Shown in pieces: positions 1 to 10,554 of a DNA stretch of 64,000 nt. Below the pieces are notes generated by a model. It searched no databases and was not told where the DNA came from. It saw only the letters and a list, made by a program, of their open reading frames with translations. Position 1 is the stretch's first letter. The number at the start of each line of letters is the position of its first letter. Source of the stretch: an uncultured Acidobacteriota bacterium (lineage in GTDB: Bacteria > Acidobacteriota > UBA6911); NCBI GenBank assembly GCA_963809485.1, contig CAWEJX010000008.1:448001-512000 (forward strand), in the 5' to 3' direction. The position numbers and the translations under genes were made by a program.

Positions 1-210
1 CAGCTTCTCCAATGCTGCCTTGGGTGTCGCCGCGGCCTTCGGGACGACCGCCGGCGGTGTGTCGGCTAGACGGCCTTTGCTCCACCAAAAGCCAACTGCA
101 GCCACCACGGCGACCGCCATCACCAAAAAAGCGAAACCATGTATTCGCCGCCCGACTGCCACTGATGCGGGCGGCTTGGCGCTTCTTTTTTTGTTCCGTG
201 ATTGGCTCAT
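1..210 (-). CDS. N-terminal part of a membrane-anchored hypothetical protein (runs off the window edge)
   Basis: Manual translation from the ATG at 210 gives MSQSRNKKRSAKPP...GFAFLVMAVAVVAAVGFWWSKG...: a basic N-terminus plus one TM helix, open to position 1. Confidence 0.6.
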   Translation of the reverse strand, partial: MSQSRNKKRSAKPPASVAVGRRIHGFAFLVMAVAVVAAVGFWWSKGRLADTPPAVVPKAAATPKAALEKL

Positions 211-332
211 TTCACAAACCCGACCTCACCCGATCAGTCATCTTCGATTTTATTTACCAATTCAAGCAGCCGTTCGGCGCTGGCGCTCGCTACAGTCAGG
301 ATTGCTGGAATGAACGAACCTTAGCACGCGTA

Positions 333-1920
333 TCACTTTTTGCCTGCTTTCTTCTCGGCTTCCAGCCTTCTCAGATTCGTATCACCTGCCAAACGGTACG
401 CTATATAGTACTTGTATACATTCGCCACATACTGGGTTGTTTCCCGGCCGATCTACTTTTGCCACGGCGACTTCGACATTGTTGAACCATTTGTTCGGAT
501 CATAGCCCATATTCTTGGCCATAGTCCGACAACGGGCGATCTTCGCCGGACCAGCATTGTAGGAAGCAATGGCAAATAACATGCGGTTTATCAGGTCCAA
601 TCCTGGTTCGTTGAAGTTATCCTCGATCAGGAAATGCATCAGGCGCATACCCGCATGAATATTGTTCTCCTCGATTTCGATATTCGAGACCTTCACTGGC
701 GCGCCAGCCGCTGTGGATGGCATCACCTGCATGATTCCCACGGCACCAACCGGGCTCTTCACACTCTGGTCCAACCGTGATTCCTGGTAACCCTGCGCCG
801 CCATCAAGAGGTAGTCAAGATTGTACTGTGTGGAATATTTTTTGAAGTACGGCACAGTAGCTTGAAACTTCTTCATCTCACTTTCTTCTGTGGCGTTCCT
901 TACGTACTTGGCGCCTTTCAAGTACCTCCGCATCACCGTGTTGCCGAAAGACGTTCCTACGCCGTGTGTCTTGATAAATTCATCGAGAAACGCTTTCATC
1001 TGCGGCGTCCCTTTCTGGATCGCCCATCCCAGTTGCACATCCTCCGCTAATGCCAGATCATTGCGGGGCTTTACCTTGTCAAAAACCTGAGCCCAAAACT
1101 CCGCCTGGAAGCTTTGCATCAATGCAATCTGATATACGCCCGCATTTACCAGTTCCAGTACGTCGCCCGGTTCCAGCACCGGATCGGTCTCGCGCGTCTT
1201 CGCAGGAGCTTTCCCCTTGGATTTCAGCCTGGCATTCAGGTCTTCGAGGTCTTTCTTCATGCGCGTTTGGGGCATCACCCACACTTCTTTGCCGCTCAAA
1301 TCCTCGACGCTTTTAAGTTCGGGAGCGCCCGGCCCTGTCACTGCAATGATTTTCATCCCGGTTCTTGTCGGAACGGTGAAGTCCGCGATGGCCTTATGCG
1401 CTTCCGTGATCGAAATGCTTCCCGCCGCAATGTCACCATAACCGCCTTCCATCCGGTTTCGCATCCGGTCCATAGGAGTCGGCAACAGTACAACGACAAT
1501 CCTGTTTGCTGCAGTCGTCTTGTACTTCGTATTCAGAACCTTTTCGATCTCCTGGAAGGCCTCCTGGAGGATCCCTACCGGACGCCCTTCCATGTAGAAG
1601 AACTCCGGACGCCGGAACGGCACCAGCACGCGGAGGGCGCGCCGCTTGGCAATTGCATCCAGATCGCCTTTCCACGGCAGTTTGACGACCGGAGGGAGGT
1701 CCACATCCCCCGATGCGGCCGGTTGGGCAGCGGCGCTCTTCGGCGTCGGGGGGGCTTGCGGCTGACCGACGCTGATTCCACTCGAACCGACCAAGATGCA
1801 AATGGTAAGCACCACGAATAGTTTTGCAGCGTCCGGTAACCTCCGGAAAGCGCTACGAGGTCTTGGGGCATGGCAACCATCTGTAGCAAGAGATAGCAGT
1901 TGTGGCGAGTCGATCCTCAT
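333..1920 (-). CDS. MltF-like lytic transglycosylase (substrate-binding domain + SLT domain), +1 frameshift near 453
   Basis: SLT motifs QESRL, GAVGIMQVMP and ASYNAG. The family-typical C-terminus IGRETTQYVANVYKYYIAYRL continues in another frame to a TGA at 333-335. Confidence 0.85.
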
Positions 1921-2097
1921 GTATTTTCTCCTCTTTCGCGATGCTCGCAGGACAGAGCCGGCGCGCATCTTCATAAACATTCATCCGAAGCATCTTAGGG
2001 TGACATCGGCTGCCTCGGCCAATACTGAGCCCAACTGCAAAGCCGTGCGATCCCCCAACCAGTTGGCGCACCCATCATGACCATCGCACCGTTCGGA

Positions 2098-2254
2098 CGC
2101 TTCGGCGGAAGGATACGTAATCGGATTAAGGTGCTCAGCCCGTAGAGTAGGAACCAGTTCAACGATCGGCAAATGCTCTCGATGCTCGGGCTGCTGCTCA
2201 TGAAACAAGGGTAGCAGCCAGCGCGCTGAGATGGCTACTGCCCTTTGGGGTAGG
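2098..2254 (-). pseudogene. Decayed inverted duplicate of the upstream region and 5' end of the receiver-domain gene at 5519
   Basis: The DNA aligns with 5466-5642 (ATGAGCAGCAGCCCG..., NPITYPSAEA peptide) but has a deletion and frameshifts. Confidence 0.8.
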
Positions 2255-2267
2255 TGGCATTGGAATG

Positions 2268-2420
2268 GGACTAGTGATCAAGTGACCGGTGAATAGTATT
2301 CAGTGGTCTATGAGCTGGGGACCGTGTGCTGTGAGCAATGAATAGTCGGAAAGGTTCAAACGGCTTTACTGATCACCATCACTCATCGCCGACTATTGAT
2401 CACTGGTCACCAATCACCTT
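2268..2420. repeat. Degenerate 7-mer repeat hairpin (unit ~CAGTGAT/ATCACTG)
   Basis: Left arm agtgatcaagtgaccggtgaatagt; right arm actgatcaccatcactc...gatcactggtcaccaatcacc. Confidence 0.6.
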
Positions 2421-2519
2421 CGGCATGACTTCCCCCCCAAACCATGTTATTTATTTGAGTTGGATACTAGCTAATTACAGTCTGTCGGCCGGTTTCAAGC
2501 GCCAAGTTCAAGGCTGGTC

Positions 2520-4716
2520 ATGAGTTGGGTTACCGTCATCTGGTCCATGGTCGCGTCCGCGTGTCTCACGCTGGCGGCGATGCATTTGCTGATCTGGTGC
2601 AAGAAGCGCACGGCGTGGGCCAATCTGCTCTTTTCCCTGACGGCGGTGGCGACGGCCGGCCTTGGCGGGCTGTGAGTTGTGGATGATGCGGGCGGAGACG
2701 CCCGGACAGTTCGGAACGGCGCTGCGCTGGGTGCATGTTCCGGTCTTCGCGCTCATCGTTGGGCTGGTTGGTTTCGTGCAGACTTATCTGGGGGCCGGTC
2801 GGCGGTGGCTCGCCTGGACCACGTGCGCGGTGCGGGCGTTCTCGCTGCTGCTCAATTTCCTGATGGAGCCGAATGTCAACTACCGCGAGATCACCCGTCT
2901 GCGGCACATCCCATTCCTGGGCGATTCCGTCTCTGTCTGTGAGGGCGTCCCAAGTCCGTGGAACCTCGTCGGCCATCTGAGCCTGCTGTTGCTTGTGATC
3001 TTCGTCGCGGACGCCGGGATCACCGTCTGGCGACGCGGCGACCGGCGGCAGGCAGTGGTAGTGGGTGGTAGCATCGTGTTCTTCGTGCTGGCAGCGACAG
3101 TGCAGACTATGCTGACGCGCTGGGAAGTTTTCCACTGGCCGGAAACCGCGAGCTTATTCTTCCTGGGCATCGTCGCGGCGATGGGTTACGAAATGAGCAT
3201 TGAGGCGCGCCGGGCCGCGGACTTGTCGGACGAACTGCGCCAAAGCAAAGAGTGGGTAAACCTTGCTACGGATTCAGCAGGCGTGGGGATATGGTTATGG
3301 GATTTTAAATCCGGCGTCATATGGGCTACAGAAAAAGCCCGTACACTATACGGTTTTTTATCGGACGAACTGATACCCTTTGAGAAATTTCTTTCCAAGG
3401 TGCACCCCGACGATATTGATTGGGTCGTCCAGGCCTCACAGAAGTGCCTACAGGAAGGCGCTGATTTCCGCGATGACTACAGGATTGTGATGCCTGATGG
3501 AAGCACCCGATGGGTCAGGGTTCTGGCCAAAGCGTTCGTAACGCCCTCTGGAAAGCCAGAGCGTATGACGGGCGTATCTCTTGATATTACCGAGAACAAA
3601 AGGGCGGAGGAAGCGCTGGTACGAAGCCAGCATTTACTCAGAGAGACCGGAAGGTTGGGGAAGGTTGGCGGCTGGGAATTTAATATCGACACGGCGAAAC
3701 AGACATGGACGGAAGAGACTTACAATATCCACGAAGTGGACCTCACCTACGAACCGACAGTAGAAAGAGGACTCGATTTCTATACCACTGATTCCAAGCC
3801 AATAATTGAACGCGCTGTGCAGAGAGCCATCGAGCACGGCGAGCCGTTTGATTTGGAGCTGGAAATCATCACGGCCAAAGGCAATCTTCGGAGCGTAAAT
3901 GCCATTGGGAATGCGGATCTGAAACACCGCAGAGTTTATGGTTTCTTCCAAGACATTACCGAGCGCAAGCGGTCGGAGTTTGAGGCTTTGAATCAGCGCA
4001 ACCAATTAGCTCACGTCGCGCGTATCTCTACGATGGGCGAACTGGCTACGTCGTTGGCGCACGAATTAAGTCAACCGCTGGGCGCCATCCTCCGCAATGC
4101 CGAGGCGGCGGAGCTTTTTCTGCAGGCCACCTCACCGAACCTTGAGGAAGTGCGCGACATCCTGGCGGATATCCAGAAGGACGATCAGCGTGCAGGCGCG
4201 GTGATCGACCGGATGCGCTCGCTGCTGAAGCGGCGCGACGTTGAACACAGCCTGCTTGATTTGAACCTGCTCGCAAACGAAGTCATCAGCCTTATACGCC
4301 CGGAGGCCGGAGCTCGCAAAATCGGGCTGGAGCTTGTCCCCGATTCACCGCTTCCGCCGGTGCGCGGCGACCGGGTTCAATTGCAGCAGGTTTTGCTCAA
4401 TCTTCTGCTCAACGCGATGGACGCGATGAATGACTCCGCGCCTGATGACCGCCGGGTCACCGTGCGCATCCAGGCTGCGCGCGCGCAGGTCGAGGTCGCC
4501 GTGAGCGACACCGGCCAAGGCATTCCGGCGGACAAGCTCGCTAACGTCTTCGAGCCGTTCTTCACCACCAAGCCGAACGGCCTGGGCGTGGGCTTGCCGA
4601 TCTCCCGAAATATCATCGAAGCGCACGGAGGGAGCATCCGGGCGGAAAACGCTTCGGACGGCGGGGCCACCTTCTGCTTCACGCTGCCGGTGGCGAAAGA
4701 GGGAGGCACCGCATGA
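2520..4716 (+). CDS. Membrane PAS-PAS sensor histidine kinase (FixL/NtrB-like), +1 frameshift between 2641 and 2672
   Basis: H-box LAHELSQPL, N-box QVLLNLLLNA, G boxes DTGQG and GLGVGL, two PAS/PAC domains. A hydrophobic N-terminus MSWVTVIWSM... starts at 2520 in a different frame. Confidence 0.9.
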
Positions 4717-5330
4717 ACGACGCCGCGCCCATTGTGCACGTGGTGGACGACGACACGTCGTTTTTGACGGCGGTCGCACGTATGTTGCGCGCATCCGGTT
4801 TCTCGGTGAAGACCTTTGGCTCGCCGGCAGAGTTCCTGGCCTGCCGGGAACTCAACGTCCATGGGTGTGTCCTTGCGGACTTGCGGATGCCCGGCTTGAA
4901 CGGGCTGGAATTGCAGGAGGCACTCGCGAAGGAGGGGCACAGGATGCCGGTTATCTTTCTCAGTGGACATGGAGATATTCCGACCACCGTGCAAGCGATG
5001 CGGCGGGGCGCGGAAGATTTTCTTACGAAGCGCGCGCCGAAGGAGGACTTAATTAATGCCGTGAAACGCGCGCTCGAACGCGATGCTCGTGAGCGCGCGG
5101 AGCGGACGCGTCTGGAAGCGTTGCATGCTCGTTTCGCCGCGCTCACGCCGCGCGAGCTTGAAGTGCTGAAGCACGTCGTGCAGGGAAAACTGAACAAGCA
5201 GATCGCATACGACCTCGGCATCCACGAACGAACGGTGAAACTCCATCGCACCGCCATAACGACCAAGCTGGGTGTTCACTCCACCCCCGAGCTGACGAAA
5301 CTGTGGTTAGAAGCAGGCGAGAGGCGGTGA
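4713..5330 (+). CDS. FixJ/LuxR-family DNA-binding response regulator
   Basis: Receiver domain (VVDDD, DLRMP) plus LuxR HTH (LTPRELEVL...KQIA..LGI..RTVK). ATGA overlap with the kinase. Confidence 0.93.
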   Translation: MNDAAPIVHVVDDDTSFLTAVARMLRASGFSVKTFGSPAEFLACRELNVHGCVLADLRMPGLNGLELQEALAKEGHRMPVIFLSGHGDIPTTVQAMRRGAEDFLTKRAPKEDLINAVKRALERDARERAERTRLEALHARFAALTPRELEVLKHVVQGKLNKQIAYDLGIHERTVKLHRTAITTKLGVHSTPELTKLWLEAGERR

Positions 5331-5445
5331 TCGGTAATCAGTGATTAGTAATCAGTAGGAATATTACTAAAGCCGCCGCCTGACAATTGTTACCGTTTTA
5401 ATGGTTACCGCACATTGATGGTCTATCACTGGTCATCGATCAGCG
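5328..5445. repeat. Degenerate 7-mer repeat hairpin (unit ~CAGTAAT/CAGTGAT) starting at the regulator stop codon
   Basis: tgatcggtaatcagtgattagtaatcagta ... ctatcactggtcatcgatca. Confidence 0.55.
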
Positions 5446-5466
5446 CTCCTTGACCCCTCGTCCAAC

Positions 5467-5485
5467 CTACCCCTAAGGGCAGTAG
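5467..5485 (+). promoter_or_regulatory. Putative response-regulator binding box CTAC-N11-GTAG (second copy at 2235-2253, minus strand)
   Basis: CTACCCCTAAGGGCAGTAG versus CTACCCCAAAGGGCAGTAG. The box is conserved in both copies at a similar distance from the ATG. Confidence 0.5.
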
Positions 5486-5518
5486 TCAGCCCAGTGTGCC
5501 GGCTGCTATCCTTGTTTT

Positions 5519-5929
5519 ATGAGCAGCAGCCCGAACATCTATGTCGCGGTTATTGATGATGACGAGAGCATTTGCCAATCGGTGAGCCGGTTCCTGCGGG
5601 CCGCTCACATTAATCCGATCACCTATCCATCCGCAGAAGCGTTCCTCGAGGACGCGAAGCATCCGAAGTTTGATTGTCTGGTACTCGACATTCAACTCGA
5701 AGGGATGTCCGGGCTGGATCTGAGCCGGAGACTCTCTTCCGTCCAGGATGCCACTCCAGTCATCTTCATCACGGCACACGATGAACCTAAGGTGCGTGCG
5801 CAGGCGGAGGCATGCGGTTGTGCCGGCTACTTCCGCAAGACGGAATCCGGCGCTGACGTCCTCACTGCCATCCGTCGCGCCATCGGCCTGAAAGATTCTG
5901 AATCCGGGTGCAAGCAGAGAGACCCGTAG
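5519..5929 (+). CDS. Single-domain response regulator (receiver)
   Basis: VIDDD, LDIQL, FITAHD and conserved K motifs; no output domain. Confidence 0.9.
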   Translation: MSSSPNIYVAVIDDDESICQSVSRFLRAAHINPITYPSAEAFLEDAKHPKFDCLVLDIQLEGMSGLDLSRRLSSVQDATPVIFITAHDEPKVRAQAEACGCAGYFRKTESGADVLTAIRRAIGLKDSESGCKQRDP

Positions 5930-6144
5930 CGTAAAGAAACTCAACCCGAAATGACGCCTCTTTATCGATCTCAACCCCCATCCCAGCATCGGATCGGGTT
6001 CAATATAATCGACCAAACGATTGCATCCTTCCCGCCGGAGCAATCCAGACAGTTTTATGGTGAGTAACCGAAAACTTGAAAATCCGTCGCGGATCTCGTA
6101 AATCTCTGCTTCATTCCACCCAAGAATCGATCCCTATCACACCC

Positions 6145-6591
6145 TTACGTTTCGCTCTTATTCAGTTTGGACGGGAGGTGGAGAGGCTTGCTTGGATCAT
6201 AGTGGAACAACTGCGATCCAGTTTCGGTCGGTGCCGGCCGGCGTTTAAGATCTGCTATCCGCCTTTGGATCTCATCTGCAACTGATTCCGTTTCAGCTGG
6301 TATCTTCGTTTTGGGCAACAAGGCAGAATTCTCAGATCGAGTCTTTGGCTCAAGCGATCCGCACTTTTGTGAATTCCGTGTTTTCTTCAAGCGAGCGCGT
6401 ACGAAATCGTTAACGGTGCTACGCGACGCCTGAACATCACAACGTTCGGACAATATTCGCGAAATTTCCCGATATGTGCGACCGCGCCGACGTAGTTCGT
6501 GGATCAACTCGGCGTATGGTTCCAAGCGAGAGCGTGACGGCCTAGGGGGAATAGTTTCAAGAATGGCTCGAAATGCATCATCCTGTATCAT
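6145..6591 (-). CDS. Hypothetical HTH-like DNA-binding protein of the mobile element
   Basis: RGRTYREISRILSERCDVQASRSTVNDFVR resembles an HTH. Co-oriented with the relaxase operon. Start uncertain. Confidence 0.65.
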   Translation of the reverse strand: MIQDDAFRAILETIPPRPSRSRLEPYAELIHELRRRGRTYREISRILSERCDVQASRSTVNDFVRARLKKTRNSQKCGSLEPKTRSENSALLPKTKIPAETESVADEIQRRIADLKRRPAPTETGSQLFHYDPSKPLHLPSKLNKSET

Positions 6592-6600
6592 GATTCGCAC

Positions 6601-6666
6601 GACCGGACAAGAGGCTGACAAGTGCCGAACAAGTGGCGGTCAAAGGCCGGACAAGACCCGGATAGG
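6601..6666. repeat. Six tandem 11-bp iteron-like repeats (consensus nGCCGGACAAG)
   Basis: gaccggacaag aggctgacaag tgccgaacaag tggcggtcaaa ggccggacaag acccggatagg. Confidence 0.7.
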
Positions 6667-6772
6667 GAGCGCGGAGAGCAGGTCCGCGCAATCCTACGCC
6701 GAAGGCTTAGGGATGGTGTCTTCTTAAAAGAAATCAGCAATGGCCAAATGAAATCCATTTTCGATGGCCTCC

Positions 6773-7102
6773 TCATGCCTGATCCGGCTCGATTTTCTCA
6801 ACCGAGATTTCGCGGATGAATGGACAGGTTCCGGTAGAAAATCTATCCGGTCTCACGGGTTCCTGGATCAGCGCCAATCCATAAGCAGAGATGATGGCGA
6901 GCAGTGCGTTAAGATTTCTGCCCTTTACCCGAGCATCGTGGGTTGCGAAGGTAAGGCGCACCTCGTCAGTGCCGCCCTCTGCATAGAGGAACTGGCTCCA
7001 GGGCAAAACATAGGTGCGCTTCAGCAAAACTACCTGCAGGGTAAGTGAATGAGCCTGCGCGTCCATGTGCCGGGTCCGATCATCGGCTGATACCATGGTC
7101 AT
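6773..7102 (-). CDS. Hypothetical protein downstream of the relaxase
   Basis: 109-aa ORF overlapping the relaxase 3' end on the same strand. Confidence 0.6.
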   Translation of the reverse strand: MTMVSADDRTRHMDAQAHSLTLQVVLLKRTYVLPWSQFLYAEGGTDEVRLTFATHDARVKGRNLNALLAIISAYGLALIQEPVRPDRFSTGTCPFIREISVEKIEPDQA

Positions 7103-8352
7103 GGTCTCTTTCCATTCCGGGTTGTTTCTCCAAATGTTCCAGATGCAGCTCTCTCCTCATTATCAAGGACATATACAGGGCCGCGCGTTTCACCATCTGG
7201 TGCGCAGCTGCCAGGCCACGCTGGACGCCTCGGCCACATCCCGGCTTCGTTTTCCTGGCCAACTCGGAAGCAGACTGCCTTGCTGCAGATCGTGCAACCG
7301 ATTCGCGCAGCAATTGTTTGTCTCCGGTAAAAACCAGCACGCTTTTTCTTCCTCGGGAAGCCGCAACATAAAACAACTCCTTCCGCATGCCATCGGCTGA
7401 AATGATGACCGAATCAACCGACTTCCCCTGACTGCGATGCGCCGTTACCGCATATCCATGAGTGCATTGTCTGAAGTGGCGAGGAAGGATACGGCCATCC
7501 TCAAGGTGAATCCTACCCTTGGAATCAACCTTCCAAACGGTGACGATTTCGCCGTTAGTGCTGCGGAATTCTTCCGTCCGGAAATTTGCATTCAGGACAA
7601 GCTTGTCGCCGGATGCGACCTCGATGTCCTTGCGCTCGAACACATCGAAGCTGTTTGCTTGCCTAGCCGTAAGGATTCGAGTCTGGCCAAGCTCATTGCG
7701 AACTGTCAGGCGTTTATCCTCAACCTGAATCACATCAACGGTTTCATTCTTTCTAATGCCTTTGGCTGCACGATGAAATATCAGCAACTGACCAGGACGG
7801 AAATTTTTCATTTCGCTCTTTTGGGCGTTGGTCCAATTCAGAGAAACATCTCTGTTCAGCTGGACACTCTTACCGAGTTGGCCGGCTTTCTTCCGGGCTG
7901 AGCGGATTGCTCCCGTAAAACGGTCAATTTCTTCGTGGGTTGCACAAACCACCAATGCATTCTGTGGCTTTGCCTCTATATAAGCCTTTGCTATTGCCTG
8001 GGGGCGATCCAGGAAGGCGATTTCACGAACCGCTCCAATCTCATCCAGTTTTTTGAAACCGCTTTCAGGATTTCGCCTCAGCTCCTGAATTGCTTCGCGA
8101 TAGCCGATTGCCGTCTGGCGATGTGCGGTCGGCGCTCTGTCTTTGCCGCAAAAACTCGCCTGTTTTCGGATGACAGGCTTGCCGCAGGAACTCAAATTCC
8201 GTACCTTTAACTTCCCCGCTGAGTCCCAGCAGTTCTGCTCCACGTCCGCGCCATTGACCCATGACACGTTCACCCTCCGCATAGTAGTCGCTATGCTCGA
8301 GGTGTTTTGACGAATACCCTTGTCCATCGGACATGGCACGGAATGTAAGCAT
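7080..8352 (-). pseudogene. MOBF (TrwC/TraI-like) relaxase-helicase with a large internal deletion
   Basis: The N-terminus MLTFRAMS...SDYYAEGE...GQWRGRGAELLGL (TrwC motif I) is joined out of frame at ~8110-8120 to a RecD-like C-terminus (HGYAVTAHRSQGKSVD, YVAASRGR). The 3H motif and Walker A are absent. Confidence 0.85.
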
Positions 8353-8357
8353 GTAGG

Positions 8358-9143
8358 TCAATGTTTCTTCGGAATATGGATTGTCGGTCTGACCGGGGGG
8401 CTCACAAGTTGGATCGCACTCTCCGCCTTTGGAGGCCGATCGAGCCATTGCTGGAACAGCATGCCAATTCCGATCCCCAGAATCAGCGCAAGACAGGACA
8501 ATGCATAAAGGGACCATCGGTACTCCTGACGAAACGAGCAGGAAAGTTCTTGTGCGGCAAAGCTGGCCGTCTCCGCTGCATGGCGAATAGAGGATGTGAT
8601 CTCACTAATTGATCGATCAGCCTGTGCTACTACGCCTCGGTAAGAATCGCTGAGATGGTCTGCCGTACGCCCGAACTCGGCCGTTGTTTGTTTCATCTGT
8701 TCTGCAGCCAGGGTCAGGTCTTCAGCCGTTTGCGGGATAGTGGATCTGACAAACTGTTGCCTCAGGCTTTCATTGATATTGCCGGCGATAACGTCCGGAC
8801 TGATCCCTTGTTTGATTTGATCAGGGAGGCAGCTCAAGCGCTCGTCTAATAGCTTCTGATACGTCAGGGAGGACCGGAGATTCTCCTCGATCTTCTGCAT
8901 TGCAGAAGCAAACAAGTGTTCCAGTCTTTCCCGCTCCGCAACCACATCGGCAGGCACTTGAATCATCAGAATCGTGAGAAACTGAATTACCCTCATAACG
9001 CGAAGCATTTCATCATTTTCCGGAAGCGACCGTCAGTGCCCTAATTCCCGATAATAGTCGGAACGCACGCTTTCCGGCAGAGCATTAGCAATGCGATCTA
9101 TGAGATCAGGCTCAACCGAGTCGCCCAGTACTTTTTCTTTCAT
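8358..9143 (-). pseudogene. Mobilization-region coiled-coil/TM protein with an in-frame TGA at 9033-9035
   Basis: The ATG at 9143 overlaps the upstream stop (ATGA). The frame reads MKEKVLGD...YYRELGH*RSLPENDEMLRVMR and continues into the 216-aa ORF. Confidence 0.65.
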
Positions 9144-9862
9144 GGCAGGAGCAGTTCCTTTACTTTTTCAAATTCGTCAAACATTCTGCGCCGGTAACTC
9201 TGAGCACGCATCACAAGGGAGGACTTTTGCAGCTCGGGCACGCGGTTGGCTCTCGTGGCGATATCTCCCAAGGTGAGTCCGTGATTACGCGCGCCATTTT
9301 CGAGTTCCGGCAGCCGGTAATCCATGTGAATTACGGCCGGCTTAAATACCTCCCTAAACTGCCGGGCTTGTTCGCTTTCGTTCCAGTAGATAAAGTCGGC
9401 ATGCTCAGTGATGCTGTTTTCCACGATCAGGTACGTCACCTTGTTCTGGAGGCGCGCTGCCCAGGTAAGTAGGCTTTCAACACTTGCCGGATCGGCCGTC
9501 ACCACGCCAATGGCAGTAAACGCTATTCCGACCTCGGAGACATCCGGGTACATGCGATCAAACCACTCGTACGTGATCTGGCCGGCGCCGGCTCCCATAT
9601 CTGCCAGAATAACCGGCACTCCATTGGAGAGATGATCGATGAAAGCGTCGAGACCTGCCGGCGTGTGGATGTTTATTTTAGGAACGCGTCCACCGAAAAA
9701 GTGGGTCAGCGATCCTCGCGCTTTATTTTCGGTATCGAGATCCAACAGTTGCACTGGGATTTGGTTGGAGTCAAGCCACTCCGCCAGCCCTGTCATTATG
9801 CTCGTCTTCCCTACTCCGCCTTTCCCTCCCATGGAGAGAATGACTCTCTTTTCGGAATTCAT
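9140..9862 (-). CDS. ParA/MinD/CobQ-like P-loop ATPase (mobilization accessory protein)
   Basis: Deviant Walker A GGKGGVGKT and DLDTEN; first gene of the relaxase operon. Confidence 0.8.
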   Translation of the reverse strand: MNSEKRVILSMGGKGGVGKTSIMTGLAEWLDSNQIPVQLLDLDTENKARGSLTHFFGGRVPKINIHTPAGLDAFIDHLSNGVPVILADMGAGAGQITYEWFDRMYPDVSEVGIAFTAIGVVTADPASVESLLTWAARLQNKVTYLIVENSITEHADFIYWNESEQARQFREVFKPAVIHMDYRLPELENGARNHGLTLGDIATRANRVPELQKSSLVMRAQSYRRRMFDEFEKVKELLLP

Positions 9863-10297
9863 GAATAGGACCTCCTTCTACAATCCGACTTGCAGCTTCA
9901 TACGCACGGTTCTCCGATGGGTTCAGGCAAATCTCAACTTATGAGATTTTTTTTGAAGTAACCGCGCATTTATTCTCAGACCATTTGCTGAGGGCTACCC
10001 AAATGAGTTGGTCTGGAGCTGCACGGTACTACTAGAGAGCGAAGAAATACCCAGAAACTTACCTCTCACTCTGAAAGAGTGAGCCCTTCGATTTTAGGGT
10101 AAGAAGTCGCACCTTTTTTGACTCTATGGGGGAGGAAGACCTGCCACTGCAGAAAAAAATGGCCTTCGGAGAGAATCAGTGACGGATTAGTTCAAAAATT
10201 CTTTTGGTCGCTATTGACAGCTGCCAGGCGGCAATCTCATCTTGAACATTGATGGTAAGTGCCAATGGTTGAAAGCATATTTTCTACAAGGAATCTT

Positions 10298-10537
10298 ATG
10301 CTGCCGAATGATGGCATTCTGACCGTTTCTGATGTTGCCACGGAATTGCGCTGCTCAAAGGCTCACGTTCATAATGCAATTAAAGGAAAAGTCGCCGGAG
10401 TATCCCAACTGCCGGCAATCCATATGGGCCGTCGGAAACTGATCCGGCGAAGTGCACTGGAGCAATGGAAAACTGCCAATGAGAGGCATTCATTTGATGG
10501 TATGATGCCAAAATCATCGGAAATTGACGCCGCGTGA
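10298..10537 (+). CDS. Excisionase-like HTH protein
   Basis: LTVSDVATELRCSKAHV...LPAIHMGRRKLIRRSALEQW, directly upstream of the integrase. Start uncertain. Confidence 0.8.
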   Translation: MLPNDGILTVSDVATELRCSKAHVHNAIKGKVAGVSQLPAIHMGRRKLIRRSALEQWKTANERHSFDGMMPKSSEIDAA

Positions 10538-10554
10538 CCATGAGAGGAGACCTC

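Noticed and set aside
9033-9035. TGA as selenocysteine
   Set aside because: No redox motif or convincing SECIS, and the neighbouring relaxase is also decayed.
9863-10258. oriT in the divergent intergenic region (hairpin CTCACTCT-GAA-AGAGTGAG at ~10065-10083)
   Set aside because: Plausible location, but I could not recognise a nic sequence.
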